Of a stretch of 64,000 nucleotides of DNA, positions 38,224-48,512 are shown piece after piece; position 1 is the stretch's first letter, and each line of letters begins with the position of its first letter. A program made the position numbers and the translations under genes. This stretch comes from Bacteroidota bacterium. Its GTDB lineage: Bacteria; Bacteroidota; Bacteroidia; AKYH767-A; JAHEYN01. The stretch covers positions 52,662 to 116,661 of the forward strand of contig CANFOZ010000001.1 in the NCBI GenBank assembly GCA_947448795.1, in the 5' to 3' direction. Under the pieces are notes generated by a model. That model did not search any database, was not told where the DNA came from, and saw nothing but the letters and a program-made list of their open reading frames with translations.

Positions 38224-40594
38224 TTAAAGAGACAGCTCCAGCATATTCGTGCGGGGCGCTTTCGAAGTCTTTGAGTCGTATGCGATAGATGTAAACGCCA
38301 TCGCTAGCATTGTCGCCGGCCCATCCTTTGCTGAGGTCGCTTGTTTCGAATACCGCATTGCCCCAGCGGTCGAAGATAACCATGTTGTAACTGAGAATGC
38401 CTGTTCCGACGGCTTTGAAAATATCGTTCTTGCCATCGCCATCAGGGCTGAAGGCATTGGGTAAAAACACCGTGTAGTTCGGCAGCACAAGAAGGGTATC
38501 GTAGGCCGTGTTGCTACAGCCATTGGTGTCGGTTAATAAAAGCGTGATGGTATAACTGCCTGTGTCGGCATATTCGTGATGACCAAGCTCGTAAAAGGAG
38601 CCAGCGCCATCTCCAAAACTCCATAGCCAAGCACGTCCAGCGGTATCGCTCGGACTAAATCCTACGAAGGGGTTGGCCATGCTTACATAGCTCGGGTTAT
38701 GATAAATTGTGAAAACAGGCAAAGCATTGACGCGGATGCTATCCTGTATGCTGCTTGAACAACCTGTTGTTGGGTTGGTGTATTGATAGCTTAATGGGTA
38801 AACGCCAGGTCCTATCGTTGGATCGAAGGCGCCGCTGCTGATGCCTGTGCCTGAATATATGCCACCGGCAGGACCCGCAAAGTTTAGACCAAGTGGCGCA
38901 TCGCTAACACAAAGATCAGATGGATGGATAGAGGTCATCACCGGCAAAGGGTGCATGAATACCAAGGCGCTTGCGGTGTCGATGCATCCGTTCTGATCGG
39001 TTACCAACAGATGATATACTATTGATGTGGTGTCGGTTGGTGTGAGCAGCAGAGCTGTTGCGGTGTTTCCGCTAGGGGTCCACAAATAGGTATACGGACT
39101 TGTGCCACCAATTACAGCGCTGGTTACCTGGATGGTGTTTCCCAAGCACTTAGGCGCATCTGTAGCGACGGTTGCATCCAAGGCAGTGGCAGGTGCATAC
39201 ACAGTGACGTTGCTTGTGCTTAGGCATCCGTTTGAATCGGTTACACCTACCGTGTAATTACCAGCAGTAAGGTTAACGGCTGTGTCGTTGAGCTGAGGCG
39301 GTATGGTGTTCCATGCATAGTTTAGTGCGCCTGTTCCGCCGCTGGCCGTGGCTACTGCGAATGCCGCATTGGGTATGCAGGGCGAATCAGTGCCAACTGC
39401 AGATAAGGTTATACCGGTGGGCTGGTCAATGACTACTGTATCCATGCCAGAGCAACCGCTTGGGTCGGTGATGGTAACAATATAGGTGCCGGCACTAAGT
39501 CCTGAGATGGTGTCGTTGGTGCTGCCGTTGTTCCAGCTAAAGGTGTATGTTCCAGCGCCTCCAATGACGCCAGCAACAGCAAAGCCATCATTGCCGGCAG
39601 CACAGGAAACATCCTGGGAGTCGATGACGGCCGCATTGATTGATCCTCCGCCGTTTGAAGTAACAGTGGCAGTAAGGGTAGTTGGGCATCCAAACCATTC
39701 GGTGACGGTGACGGTGTAGGTGCCTGTCGTGATGCCGCTGATGCCGCTTGTGCTAGCACCGCCTGGGGCCCATGCGAAAGTAGCGCAGCCGGGATTTGCC
39801 AGTCCGCTAACACTGGCGGATCCGTTGGAGGTACTACAGGTGGTTGGAGATGCGGTGGCGACGGGGGTGTAGGCGGATGTTAAATAGCAAGTCACCCACT
39901 GGCTGTTAAAGGCACCGCCGGTGGCGCCTGTAAAGCCCCACCATACGAGCGGGTTACCACTAAAAACAGTGTTGATAAGGTCACCTGTGTAGGTTAAGCG
40001 CAGCACACAATCGAAATAGACTTGATATACTTGCGTAGCAGGATCCCACGTGATTTTATATTTATGGATGATGCCGTCTTCGGTGTTGCCGCTGGTGCTG
40101 CTCATTTGAATTGGTCCAGCCAATTGATTGGCAGCCACCGAATGGTTGCACCAGCCATTTTTTTGTATGGAAAGATGATCGTAAGCGGGGTCGGTATTGT
40201 TGGGCCACGTGTCAAACTCGGTAATAAGTGAAGGCGTCAATCCACCTCCTGGCGAAGCGGAGTTGGGGTCGGTGCCGCAATAGCCCATCGCGCCGCCACC
40301 GGCGCCTGTCATCATGGCTGTGGCTGAAACGCGTTGCAATACAAAAGCAATCCCGTCGGCACCACCGTCGTTGTTGCCCAAGTAAACTTGTCCTTGCAGG
40401 ATGAAGGCATTGCTGAGGTTAAGCTGTGTGGTGTTCCAAGCTGCTCCCGTTTGACTTGTAGCGGCTGGCGTTATTTGAAGGGTGGTGTAGCATGCGGAAG
40501 TACTGCTAGTTGCAGATCCTATCAAGTTGAACTGTGCAAAAGCGGTGTTCAACAGGAAAAGAAAAAATCCGAATACGCCAATGCTTCTTTTCAT
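38216..40594 (-). CDS. T9SS-secreted cell-surface protein (lectin-like N-domain, Ig/PKD-like repeats, type-B gliding-associated C-terminal domain)
   Basis: 792 aa with a signal peptide. It has an N-terminal legume-lectin/LamG-like domain and multiple Cys-containing Ig-like repeats. The C-terminus NAFSPDGDGKNDIFKAVG...YIYRIR fits the T9SS type-B CTD (TIGR04131-like). Its 3' end overlaps alaS convergently by 8 nt. Confidence 0.7.
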   Translation of the reverse strand: MKRSIGVFGFFLFLLNTAFAQFNLIGSATSSTSACYTTLQITPAATSQTGAAWNTTQLNLSNAFILQGQVYLGNNDGGADGIAFVLQRVSATAMMTGAGGGAMGYCGTDPNSASPGGGLTPSLITEFDTWPNNTDPAYDHLSIQKNGWCNHSVAANQLAGPIQMSSTSGNTEDGIIHKYKITWDPATQVYQVYFDCVLRLTYTGDLINTVFSGNPLVWWGFTGATGGAFNSQWVTCYLTSAYTPVATASPTTCSTSNGSASVSGLANPGCATFAWAPGGASTSGISGITTGTYTVTVTEWFGCPTTLTATVTSNGGGSINAAVIDSQDVSCAAGNDGFAVAGVIGGAGTYTFSWNNGSTNDTISGLSAGTYIVTITDPSGCSGMDTVVIDQPTGITLSAVGTDSPCIPNAAFAVATASGGTGALNYAWNTIPPQLNDTAVNLTAGNYTVGVTDSNGCLSTSNVTVYAPATALDATVATDAPKCLGNTIQVTSAVIGGTSPYTYLWTPSGNTATALLLTPTDTTSIVYHLLVTDQNGCIDTASALVFMHPLPVMTSIHPSDLCVSDAPLGLNFAGPAGGIYSGTGISSGAFDPTIGPGVYPLSYQYTNPTTGCSSSIQDSIRVNALPVFTIYHNPSYVSMANPFVGFSPSDTAGRAWLWSFGDGAGSFYELGHHEYADTGSYTITLLLTDTNGCSNTAYDTLLVLPNYTVFLPNAFSPDGDGKNDIFKAVGTGILSYNMVIFDRWGNAVFETSDLSKGWAGDNASDGVYIYRIRLKDFESAPHEYAGAVSLIR

Positions 40595-40639
40595 GATACT
40601 TTAAGAATACATTAAAGGTATACTTTTTTGGTAAAACCT

Positions 40640-41800
40640 TTAGTTTTTACCTCCATAGGTTTGCACATCCTTTGCCGTGATTTTTTTATCGCAAAGAATG
40701 ATCAGCCGTTCCACCACGTTGCGAAGCTCGCGTATGTTGCCGGTCCAATTGATTTTTTGAAGTTCTTTTATGGCCTCGTCGGCAAATGTTTTTAATGGAA
40801 TGCCTTGTTCTTGGCATATTTCTTTGAGAAAATGATCGGCTAGCAGGGGGATGTCGTCGCGGCGATCGTTTAATGCGGGAACATGCAAGACAATGACACT
40901 CAGACGATGGTAAAGATCTTCGCGGAAGTTTCCTGCGGCAATCTCGGCGCGCAGGTCTTTGTTTGTGGCAGCAATCACGCGTACATTAACGGAAAGCTCT
41001 TTCTCGCCACCAACACGGGTGATCTTCCCTTCTTGAAGTGCGCGCAGCACCTTGGCCTGTGCAGGGAGTCCCATGTCCCCGATTTCATCAAGGAAAAGGG
41101 TGCCGTTGTTGGCTTGTTCGAATTTACCGATGCGTTGTTTGATGGCTGATGTAAAGGATCCTTTTTCGTGGCCGAATAATTCACTCTCAATGAGCTCCGA
41201 CGGGATGGCCGCGCAGTTTACCTCTACTAGTGGAGCAGCCGCGCGGTTGCTCTTTTCATGTATCCAACGCGCCACCAATTCCTTGCCCGTACCGTTGCCA
41301 CCAGTGATGAGCACGCGCGCTTCGGTTGGCGCCACTTTCTCCAGCATGTCTTTGATTTGCAGGATGCCGGCTGATGCGCCAATCATTTCACGGGTGCCCG
41401 CAATGCGTCTTTTTAACACCTTGGTTTCCTGTACTAAGCTGGATTTATCCATGGCGTTGCGGATAGTCACTAGCAGGCGATTGAGGTCGAGGGGCTTGGC
41501 GATATAATCATAGGCGCCTTTTTTAATCGCCTCCACTGCAGTCTCGATATTGCCATGGCCCGAAATCATTACTATTGGGAGTTCGGGCTGTGTGTCTTGA
41601 ATTTTTAGCAGCACCTCTAAGCCGTCCATCTTTGGCATCTTGATGTCGCATAGCACCAGGTCGAATTTATTTTCTTCAAGCAATTTCAATCCGGCCATTC
41701 CATCGGCAGCTTCCATCACATCGATTTTCTCGTATTCCAAGATCTCGCGGAGCGAGGTTCGGATGCTTTTCTCATCGTCGATGATTAACACTTTCACCAT
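40640..41800 (-). CDS. Sigma-54-dependent response regulator (REC + AAA+; no C-terminal HTH)
   Basis: Start taken at MVKVLIIDDE. REC domain (D...DIKMPKMDG), Walker A GGNGTGKE, and the sigma-54 contact segment ESELFGHEKGSFTSA, a GAFTGA variant. The protein ends ~25 aa after the AAA+ domain. Confidence 0.8.
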   Translation of the reverse strand: MVKVLIIDDEKSIRTSLREILEYEKIDVMEAADGMAGLKLLEENKFDLVLCDIKMPKMDGLEVLLKIQDTQPELPIVMISGHGNIETAVEAIKKGAYDYIAKPLDLNRLLVTIRNAMDKSSLVQETKVLKRRIAGTREMIGASAGILQIKDMLEKVAPTEARVLITGGNGTGKELVARWIHEKSNRAAAPLVEVNCAAIPSELIESELFGHEKGSFTSAIKQRIGKFEQANNGTLFLDEIGDMGLPAQAKVLRALQEGKITRVGGEKELSVNVRVIAATNKDLRAEIAAGNFREDLYHRLSVIVLHVPALNDRRDDIPLLADHFLKEICQEQGIPLKTFADEAIKELQKINWTGNIRELRNVVERLIILCDKKITAKDVQTYGGKN

Positions 41801-41946
41801 GTTCTTTTTTTTTACGAAAATACGCTTTCGTTCCGAATGTTGTTGCCGTTTCGTCAATCGCGCCAAGAGTTTCGTTGTACCTTCTCCTTGCCTTGTTGGT
41901 AAAGCGATCGATTGAAGCTGAATCCACCTTGTGATTTTCTATATCT

Positions 41947-43218
41947 TTGCCTTTGCAGATGAGCATCTATTTAGTAATTCTAATAACCATGTTTTGTTCC
42001 GCCTTCTTTTCGGGGCTGGAGATTGCGTTCATTTCGGCCAACAAGCTGAAGATCGAATTAGAGAACAAGCAAGGCATGCTGTCGGCGCGAATTGCGGCCT
42101 ATTTTCTAAGGTATCCGTCGCGTTTTATTGGAACCATGCTTGTTGGAAACAACTTGTCTTTGGTGGTTTATGGTTTGATGATGGCGCGGTTGCTCGAGCC
42201 CTGGATCGAGTCGCATTTGCCAGCGTCGATGCACAGCGCTTTTTTGGTGGTCTTGATGCAGACGTTGGTGTCTACTTTGTTGATTCTTGTTACTGCTGAG
42301 TTTCTGCCTAAGGTGCTGTTTCGCATCAATCCAAACAAGACCTTAAACTTTTTCGCTGTGCCGATGTTGTTGGTATATGTGTTGCTCTACCCAGTGGTTT
42401 TTTTGGTCATTGGCTTTTCTGAGTTTGTGTTGCAGAAGTTGTTTGGTGTTGAATTTTTTGAAGACAAATCGGTGTTCGGCAGAATCGATCTCGATCATTA
42501 CATACGCGAGGTCGCATCCAAAACACAAACGGATGGCAGCACCGAGATTCAGATTTTTCAAAAGGCCTTGGATTTTACCAATGTGAAAGTTAGCGAATGC
42601 ATGATCCCGCGTACCGAAATTATTGCCATGGAGGTTAACGAGCCGATTGAGGCCTTGCGCAAGTCTTTCATCGAAACATCGCTGAGCAAAACGCTGATTT
42701 ACGAAGGCAGCATCGATCATATCATCGGCTTCACCCATTCCTACGAAATGTTTCGAAACCCGGTGGATATTCGATCCATCTTGCTTCCTATATCGATGGT
42801 GCCCGAGACCATGGCAGCGAACGATTTATTAGCCCTTTTCACACGTCAGCATAAAAGCATCGCCTTGGTTTTAAATGAGTTTGGCTCCACGGCAGGCATG
42901 GTAACCTTAGAGGATGTGTTGGAAGAGATTTTTGGCGAAATCGAGGACGAGCACGATGTAGACGATTTGGTGGAGAAGCAGCTTAACGAGCACGAGTTCA
43001 TCTTCTCAGGTCGCACGGAAGTGGATTACATAAATGCTAAGTACCACGTGGGTTTGCCTGTTTCTGACGGCTACGAAACCTTGGCTGGTTTAATTTTTCA
43101 CCACTACGAGCGTATTCCGCAATACAACGACGTAATTCGTATCGAAAACTTTGTCATCACCGTGTTGTCGGTTAGTAATACCCGCATTGAACGGGTAAAA
43201 GTGAAGAAGGAAGAATAA
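41947..43218 (+). CDS. CNNM/CorC-HlyC family membrane protein (DUF21 + CBS pair + CorC_HlyC; GldE-like)
   Basis: 423 aa. It has an N-terminal 4-TM DUF21, CBS domains and a C-terminal transporter-associated domain. The architecture matches gliding protein GldE of Bacteroidota. Confidence 0.75.
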   Translation: MPLQMSIYLVILITMFCSAFFSGLEIAFISANKLKIELENKQGMLSARIAAYFLRYPSRFIGTMLVGNNLSLVVYGLMMARLLEPWIESHLPASMHSAFLVVLMQTLVSTLLILVTAEFLPKVLFRINPNKTLNFFAVPMLLVYVLLYPVVFLVIGFSEFVLQKLFGVEFFEDKSVFGRIDLDHYIREVASKTQTDGSTEIQIFQKALDFTNVKVSECMIPRTEIIAMEVNEPIEALRKSFIETSLSKTLIYEGSIDHIIGFTHSYEMFRNPVDIRSILLPISMVPETMAANDLLALFTRQHKSIALVLNEFGSTAGMVTLEDVLEEIFGEIEDEHDVDDLVEKQLNEHEFIFSGRTEVDYINAKYHVGLPVSDGYETLAGLIFHHYERIPQYNDVIRIENFVITVLSVSNTRIERVKVKKEE

Positions 43219-43364
43219 GTCGAAAGCCTCTTTTTTGTGATAAAAAGCGATTTTTCGTATAGACTCGTTCAAGCATTTGAATATAAACCTATATTATTTT
43301 GACTTTGGACTCTGATTTCGTATATTCGCACCTCAATTTTTAGAAAACACCTAAACAATCACTT

Positions 43365-45458
43365 ATGGCATTGATCGGAAAAATCAGAGAGCGCATGGGC
43401 ACTTTCTTGGTTATTGCAGTTGGCTTCTCCCTTGTAGCATTCCTGCTTGGCGACCTTCTTACATCGAAGACTTCTCTTTTTGCGGACAATAAAAACGAGA
43501 TTGGCAAAATCGCCGGTGAATCCATTTCTCCGCAAGATTTTGAAGCTAAATTCCAACAGAATTTGGAGTTTTACAAAATCAATAACAACTCTGAAAATGT
43601 CGATGCGGCAGCGATGGACAATCTTCGCGATCAGACATGGAACCAAATTATCAACGAGACCATTTTCCAAAATGTGTACCGGGATTTGGGTATCCTTGTT
43701 ACCACGGAGGAGCTTGTGGATATGGTGATGGGCCGTTTTGTGCATCCTAAGATTTTAGAAGTCCCTGCCTTTAAAGATTCTGTGACTGGCGCTTTTAGGC
43801 CTGACGCTGTGAAGCGTTACCTAAGCAACATTGCTAGCGATGAGAAAGCGATGGGCTCTTGGATGAACTTCGAAACAGGCATCAAGCGTGAGCGTGTGGC
43901 GCAAAAATATGTGAACATGATCAAGGGCGGTTTGTATGTTACCAAAGCGGAGGCCGAGCAAGATTATATGGCTAACAACAGAAACGTTCGTATGTCTTTT
44001 GTGGCTATGAAATACACCGATGTTGCAGATAGCCTAGTTGTTGTTAATGACGCTGACCTAAAGAGTTATTACAGCAAACACGAAAACGACTACAAGCAAG
44101 AAGCGTCTCGCAATATGGAGTTCGTTACCTTCGACCTTGCTCCTTCGCAGGATGACTATCGCGTTGCTGAGCTATCCCTTAAAGAGCTCAAAGCTGATTT
44201 CGAAGCGAGTACCAAAGACAGCGACTTCGTAAAAATGAATTCAGACAATAAAACCATCAAGGCCGAATACATTAATCCGTCTTCTATTCCTGTTCTTTAT
44301 GCTGGACTAGGTGCTGTTCAAGTAGGCGCTGTTTTGGGGCCTTATATGGATGGCAACGAGTTCAAACTTGTAAAAATTCGCTCGATCCAAGAGATGCCGG
44401 ATTCTGCCAAGGCGCGTCATATTTTGATCCGCATGGCGAATGGCGACACGGCTGCAGCCATGATGCGTGCTGACAGCTTGAAGAAAGCGATCAAATCAGG
44501 CAAGATAACCTTCGCTGAAGCAGCTCTGAAAATGTCGGAAGACAAAGGTTCTGCCGAGAAAGGTGGCGACCTCGGATGGTTCAAGGAAGGTGCCATGGTG
44601 CCTGAGTTTAACGATGCTTGCTTCAAAGGAAAAAAGGGCGAAATGACTGTTGTTCGCACCAACTTCGGCTTCCATATCATCGAACTTCAAGATCAATCTC
44701 AACTTAGCAAGCGCATTCAAGCGTTTTATGTAACGCGCAAAGTGGAAGTGAGTACAGCAACAGACCATCAAGTTTATGCTAAGGCAAATGGCTTCGTTGC
44801 TAAATACCCAACGGGAGCCGACTTCGACAAAGGAATTGCTGCTGAAAAGCTCAACAAGCGCAATGCAGATAATGTTAAAGAAAACGACCGTACTATCGGT
44901 GGCTTAGAGCAATCCAGGGAGCTTATTCGCTGGGCTTTTAAGGCCAACAAGGATGATTTATCCAAGGTGTTTCAATTGGGTGATAAATACATCATTGCTC
45001 ACTTAGTTGCTATTCATGAAAAAGGCATAGCCACCATGGACGAAGTGAAAGACCAGATCACTGGCAATGTGAAGAAAGAAAAGAAAGCGGCTCAATTCAT
45101 TGAGAAGATGCAGGGAACTGCAGACCTTAATGCGCTTGCTTCTAAGGTTAAAATGATTGTGGAGTCGGCAGACAATGTAAACTTTGCAAACACTTACATC
45201 TTGAATTATGGTAGCGAGCCGGCCATCGTTGGTGCGCTTCAGAGTGTTAAAAAAGGTGGCGTTACCAAACCGACAGAAGGTCGTCGTGCAGTCTATGTAG
45301 CTCGTTTAGACGATGTCACTGAACCTGCTGCTAAAACAGATTTAAAAGACGGAAAAAAATCCCTTGAAGCTGCCTTAAAGCAGCGTGTAGACTACCAATT
45401 ATTTGGCGCTTTAAAAGACAAAGCCAATGTGGTTGATAACAGAGGCCGATTCTATTAG
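43365..45458 (+). CDS. PpiD/SurA-like membrane-anchored peptidyl-prolyl isomerase (parvulin-type)
   Basis: 697 aa. An N-terminal TM anchor is followed by chaperone-like regions and a PpiC parvulin domain (KARHILI...GGDLGWFKEGAMVPEFNDACF). Confidence 0.7.
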   Translation: MALIGKIRERMGTFLVIAVGFSLVAFLLGDLLTSKTSLFADNKNEIGKIAGESISPQDFEAKFQQNLEFYKINNNSENVDAAAMDNLRDQTWNQIINETIFQNVYRDLGILVTTEELVDMVMGRFVHPKILEVPAFKDSVTGAFRPDAVKRYLSNIASDEKAMGSWMNFETGIKRERVAQKYVNMIKGGLYVTKAEAEQDYMANNRNVRMSFVAMKYTDVADSLVVVNDADLKSYYSKHENDYKQEASRNMEFVTFDLAPSQDDYRVAELSLKELKADFEASTKDSDFVKMNSDNKTIKAEYINPSSIPVLYAGLGAVQVGAVLGPYMDGNEFKLVKIRSIQEMPDSAKARHILIRMANGDTAAAMMRADSLKKAIKSGKITFAEAALKMSEDKGSAEKGGDLGWFKEGAMVPEFNDACFKGKKGEMTVVRTNFGFHIIELQDQSQLSKRIQAFYVTRKVEVSTATDHQVYAKANGFVAKYPTGADFDKGIAAEKLNKRNADNVKENDRTIGGLEQSRELIRWAFKANKDDLSKVFQLGDKYIIAHLVAIHEKGIATMDEVKDQITGNVKKEKKAAQFIEKMQGTADLNALASKVKMIVESADNVNFANTYILNYGSEPAIVGALQSVKKGGVTKPTEGRRAVYVARLDDVTEPAAKTDLKDGKKSLEAALKQRVDYQLFGALKDKANVVDNRGRFY

Positions 45459-45481
45459 TCGTTAAAACAATCTTTTACAAA

Positions 45482-45506
45482 GAGGCCTTCGGGCCTCTTT
45501 TTTTAT
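45482..45506 (+). terminator. Rho-independent terminator
   Basis: AGAGGCC-TTCG-GGCCTCT with a GNRA-like loop, followed by T7. It sits 24 nt after the ppiD-like stop. Confidence 0.75.
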
Positions 45507-45573
45507 GTCCTAAACTATATCGTGTAAGCGGTCGTTCGCATTATTTTTTATACATTCGTCTTTCTTAATTCCC

Positions 45574-46446
45574 GTGAGCGCAAACAAATACGCCAATCGT
45601 AAACTTCGAACCTCCTATCTATCCACGATAGTGAGCATCTCTTTGGTGCTCTTTATGCTGGGGTTGCTCGGTCTTATTGTGCTACATGCCAAAAGATTGT
45701 CTGACTATGTTAAGGAGAACATTCAGATGTCGGTTATTTTGAAGGATGGCTCAAACGAGGCGGAGGTAGGCCAGTTTCAAAAGAAAATGGATTCTTCTGA
45801 GCAGGTAAAGTCGACCGAATACATTTCTAAAGAAGAGGCTGCCCGCCGCTTGAAGGCTGACTTGGGTGAGGATTTTGTCAATTTCTTGGGGTATAATCCA
45901 CTGCTTGCTAGCATCGATGTGCGATTGAAAGCCGATTATGCCAACCCGAAAAGCATGCATGAAATAGAGCGCGAATGGCTTAAGCAGGGCTTTGTCAAAG
46001 AAGTGTATTATCAGAAATCGCTGGTCGACTTGGTAAACGAGAACCTGCGTACCATTGGCCTTGTTGTTCTTGGTTTCAGCATTATTTTATCCTTGATTGC
46101 CATCGCCCTAATCAACAATACCATCCGCCTTTCTCTTTATTCGAAGCGCTTCCTCATTAAGACGATGCAGTTGGTAGGGGCTACAAAGGGCTTCATTCGC
46201 AAACCTTTTATTCTCCGCGGCATGGTGCATGGCATATACGGGTCACTAGTTGCTTGCGTGCTGCTTTCGGGCATAATCTATTTTGCACAGGTGCAGGTGC
46301 CTGAATTGTTCGAGATTCAAGATTTAAAAACATTCATTTATCTATTTGCGGGGGTTTTTCTCGCAGGTATACTTATATCGTGGATCAGTACTTTTTTCGC
46401 TGTGCGAAAGTACCTCCGCATGAAATTGGACGAACTTTATATTTAA
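45574..46446 (+). CDS. ftsX: Cell division protein FtsX (permease-like)
   Basis: 290 aa. It has an N-terminal TM, a periplasmic domain and a C-terminal 3-TM FtsX core. Confidence 0.7.
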   Translation: MSANKYANRKLRTSYLSTIVSISLVLFMLGLLGLIVLHAKRLSDYVKENIQMSVILKDGSNEAEVGQFQKKMDSSEQVKSTEYISKEEAARRLKADLGEDFVNFLGYNPLLASIDVRLKADYANPKSMHEIEREWLKQGFVKEVYYQKSLVDLVNENLRTIGLVVLGFSIILSLIAIALINNTIRLSLYSKRFLIKTMQLVGATKGFIRKPFILRGMVHGIYGSLVACVLLSGIIYFAQVQVPELFEIQDLKTFIYLFAGVFLAGILISWISTFFAVRKYLRMKLDELYI

Positions 46447-46461
46447 TAAAAAGATATATAC

Positions 46462-46731
46462 ATGAACAGTAAGCCTTCTCCTTCTATGATTGCCGATAAA
46501 AACACGCCTGCGAGTGGTTTTGTATTCGGTCGCGAAAACTACATACTTATGATTGCAGGTATTGCTGTTATCTTCATTGGTTTTGCGCTGATGATCGGTG
46601 GTGCTAGCAAAGATCCCAATGTCTTTAACGCTGAGATTTTCAGTACGCGTCGTATCGTGATTGCTCCGATTATCGTGCTCTTGGGATTTGTTATCGAAGT
46701 GTTTGCGATTTTTCGCAAATCAAAAGACTAA
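46462..46731 (+). CDS. DUF3098 small membrane protein
   Basis: 89 aa with two TM helices and a conserved ...FNAEIFSTRRIVIAP... segment. It typically follows ftsX in Bacteroidota. Confidence 0.5.
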   Translation: MNSKPSPSMIADKNTPASGFVFGRENYILMIAGIAVIFIGFALMIGGASKDPNVFNAEIFSTRRIVIAPIIVLLGFVIEVFAIFRKSKD

Positions 46732-46737
46732 CCCAGC

Positions 46738-47532
46738 GTGAGCATCATTCAAGCTATCTGGCTCGCGATTATCGAGGGTCTTACTGAATTTCTTCCGGTT
46801 TCTTCAACGGGACATATGATACTTGGCTCAAGTGTTATGGGTATTGCCCATGAAGAGTTCACCAAGATATTCACGGTTGCGATCCAATTTGGAGCGATCC
46901 TGTCTGTGGTTGCCTTGTACTGGAAGCGGTTCTTCAAGTCGGTCGATTTTTATATAAAATTGCTTATCGCTTTTATCCCGGCTGCCATTTTTGGTAAATT
47001 ATTGAACGACTATATTGATGCTCTGCTCGAGAATCCAACCGTGGTTGCCTGCACGCTCTTACTGGGTGGCGTTGTTTTCCTCTTCGTTGACAAATGGTTT
47101 CGCAAATCAGAGACCGCAGGCAGTAGCGATATTTCTAGTCGCTCGGCCTTAACGATAGGTTTGTTTCAATGCATTGCCATGATCCCTGGTGTGTCGCGTT
47201 CTGCAGCTACTATTATCGGGGGATTAACACAGAAGCTTAACAGACAAGCAGCTGCTGAATTCTCTTTCTTTTTAGCTGTGCCAACCATGTTCGCAGCAAC
47301 GGCGTACAAGATTTTTAAATTTTATCACGAAGGCGGCCATTTTGTGCAAGCGCAGATCAACTTACTGCTTATTGGTAATATAGTGGCTTTTGTGGTAGCT
47401 CTGCTTGCTATTCGAACTTTTATTAGCGTGCTAACTCGGTATGGCTTTCGTGTGTTTGGGTACTACCGCATCGCTCTCGGACTGCTCTTACTCGCCTTGC
47501 ATTTTGCGGGGTATTCACTAACGATTGTTTAA
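46738..47532 (+). CDS. uppP: Undecaprenyl-diphosphate phosphatase
   Basis: 264 aa. The signature [17 protein letters not shown] is present. The start is a GTG codon per the ORF track. Confidence 0.85.
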   Translation: MSIIQAIWLAIIEGLTEFLPVSSTGHMILGSSVMGIAHEEFTKIFTVAIQFGAILSVVALYWKRFFKSVDFYIKLLIAFIPAAIFGKLLNDYIDALLENPTVVACTLLLGGVVFLFVDKWFRKSETAGSSDISSRSALTIGLFQCIAMIPGVSRSAATIIGGLTQKLNRQAAAEFSFFLAVPTMFAATAYKIFKFYHEGGHFVQAQINLLLIGNIVAFVVALLAIRTFISVLTRYGFRVFGYYRIALGLLLLALHFAGYSLTIV

Positions 47533-47550
47533 GGAAAGGCCTGTCCGCTA

Positions 47551-48297
47551 ATGGAAGCCAAGTCGTTCAATTTCCCCGAAGGGGAAGTATTACTCATCGA
47601 TAAGCCTTTGAAATGGACGTCCTTTGATGTCGTGAATAAGGTTCGCTATGTTATTTGCAAGCGCTTAGAACAGCAGCGAAAAGAAGATCCTGAACCAACG
47701 CAAGCATTGCCTAAGCTAAAAAATCTGAAGGTTGGTCATGCTGGAACACTTGATCCACTTGCATCTGGATTGCTTATCGTTTGCACGGGCAAACTGACAA
47801 AAAAAATCACCGATTATCAGGATCAGGAGAAAGAATATACCGGCACAATTCAGTTTGGAGCAACAACCCCGTCATACGATCTTGAAACCGAACCGGAAGG
47901 AAGTTTTGAGACAGCGCATATAAACGATGCTTTAATTCAAACGGCGGCGCTTCGCTTCCTTGGTGTGATACAGCAGATACCGCCCCTTTTCTCTGCCAAA
48001 AAAGTTGACGGAGAACGCGCCTATCGCAAAGCCCGAAGAGGCGAAGATACCCAGCTTGCTGCGCGACCGATTAGTATTTACGCTTTTGCCCTTGGTCCCT
48101 GGAATCCGGTTACAAAAACAGTTGATTTTAGGGTTTCTTGTAGCAAAGGCACCTACATTCGCTCCCTCGCGCACGACTTTGGTCAGGCACTCGGCAGTGG
48201 AGCACACCTTAGCGCACTCTGCCGCACACGTATTGGCGCTTTTGAGTTGACCCATGCATGGGACCTGCAAGACTTGATTCAAGCAATCAGCAAATAG
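47551..48297 (+). CDS. truB: tRNA pseudouridine(55) synthase
   Basis: 248 aa. Catalytic motif VGHAGTLDPLASGLLIV. Confidence 0.85.
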   Translation: MEAKSFNFPEGEVLLIDKPLKWTSFDVVNKVRYVICKRLEQQRKEDPEPTQALPKLKNLKVGHAGTLDPLASGLLIVCTGKLTKKITDYQDQEKEYTGTIQFGATTPSYDLETEPEGSFETAHINDALIQTAALRFLGVIQQIPPLFSAKKVDGERAYRKARRGEDTQLAARPISIYAFALGPWNPVTKTVDFRVSCSKGTYIRSLAHDFGQALGSGAHLSALCRTRIGAFELTHAWDLQDLIQAISK

Positions 48298-48512
48298 CAG
48301 TAAAGACACATTCGGACTCCTCTTTTTTGAAAAAACTGCCTAATACTTGATAAAAGCAGCCAATTTTTGGCTTTTGTGAGTTTTTATCAAAAATAATTTC
48401 ATGCGTTTGTTGAAAAGCCTCTTTCAGGCATTACCTTTGTCGCCCTTTTGTAAAGGCTTTTGTTGAAAAACAAGGTTTTTTTTCTCATAAATAACCACCT
48501 ATTCAATCACCG

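Noticed and set aside
39433-39813. 126-aa Ala/Pro/Leu-rich ORF
   Set aside because: An alternate frame of the GC-rich, Gly/Thr/Ala-rich T9SS surface protein gene. It has no start or stop context of its own.
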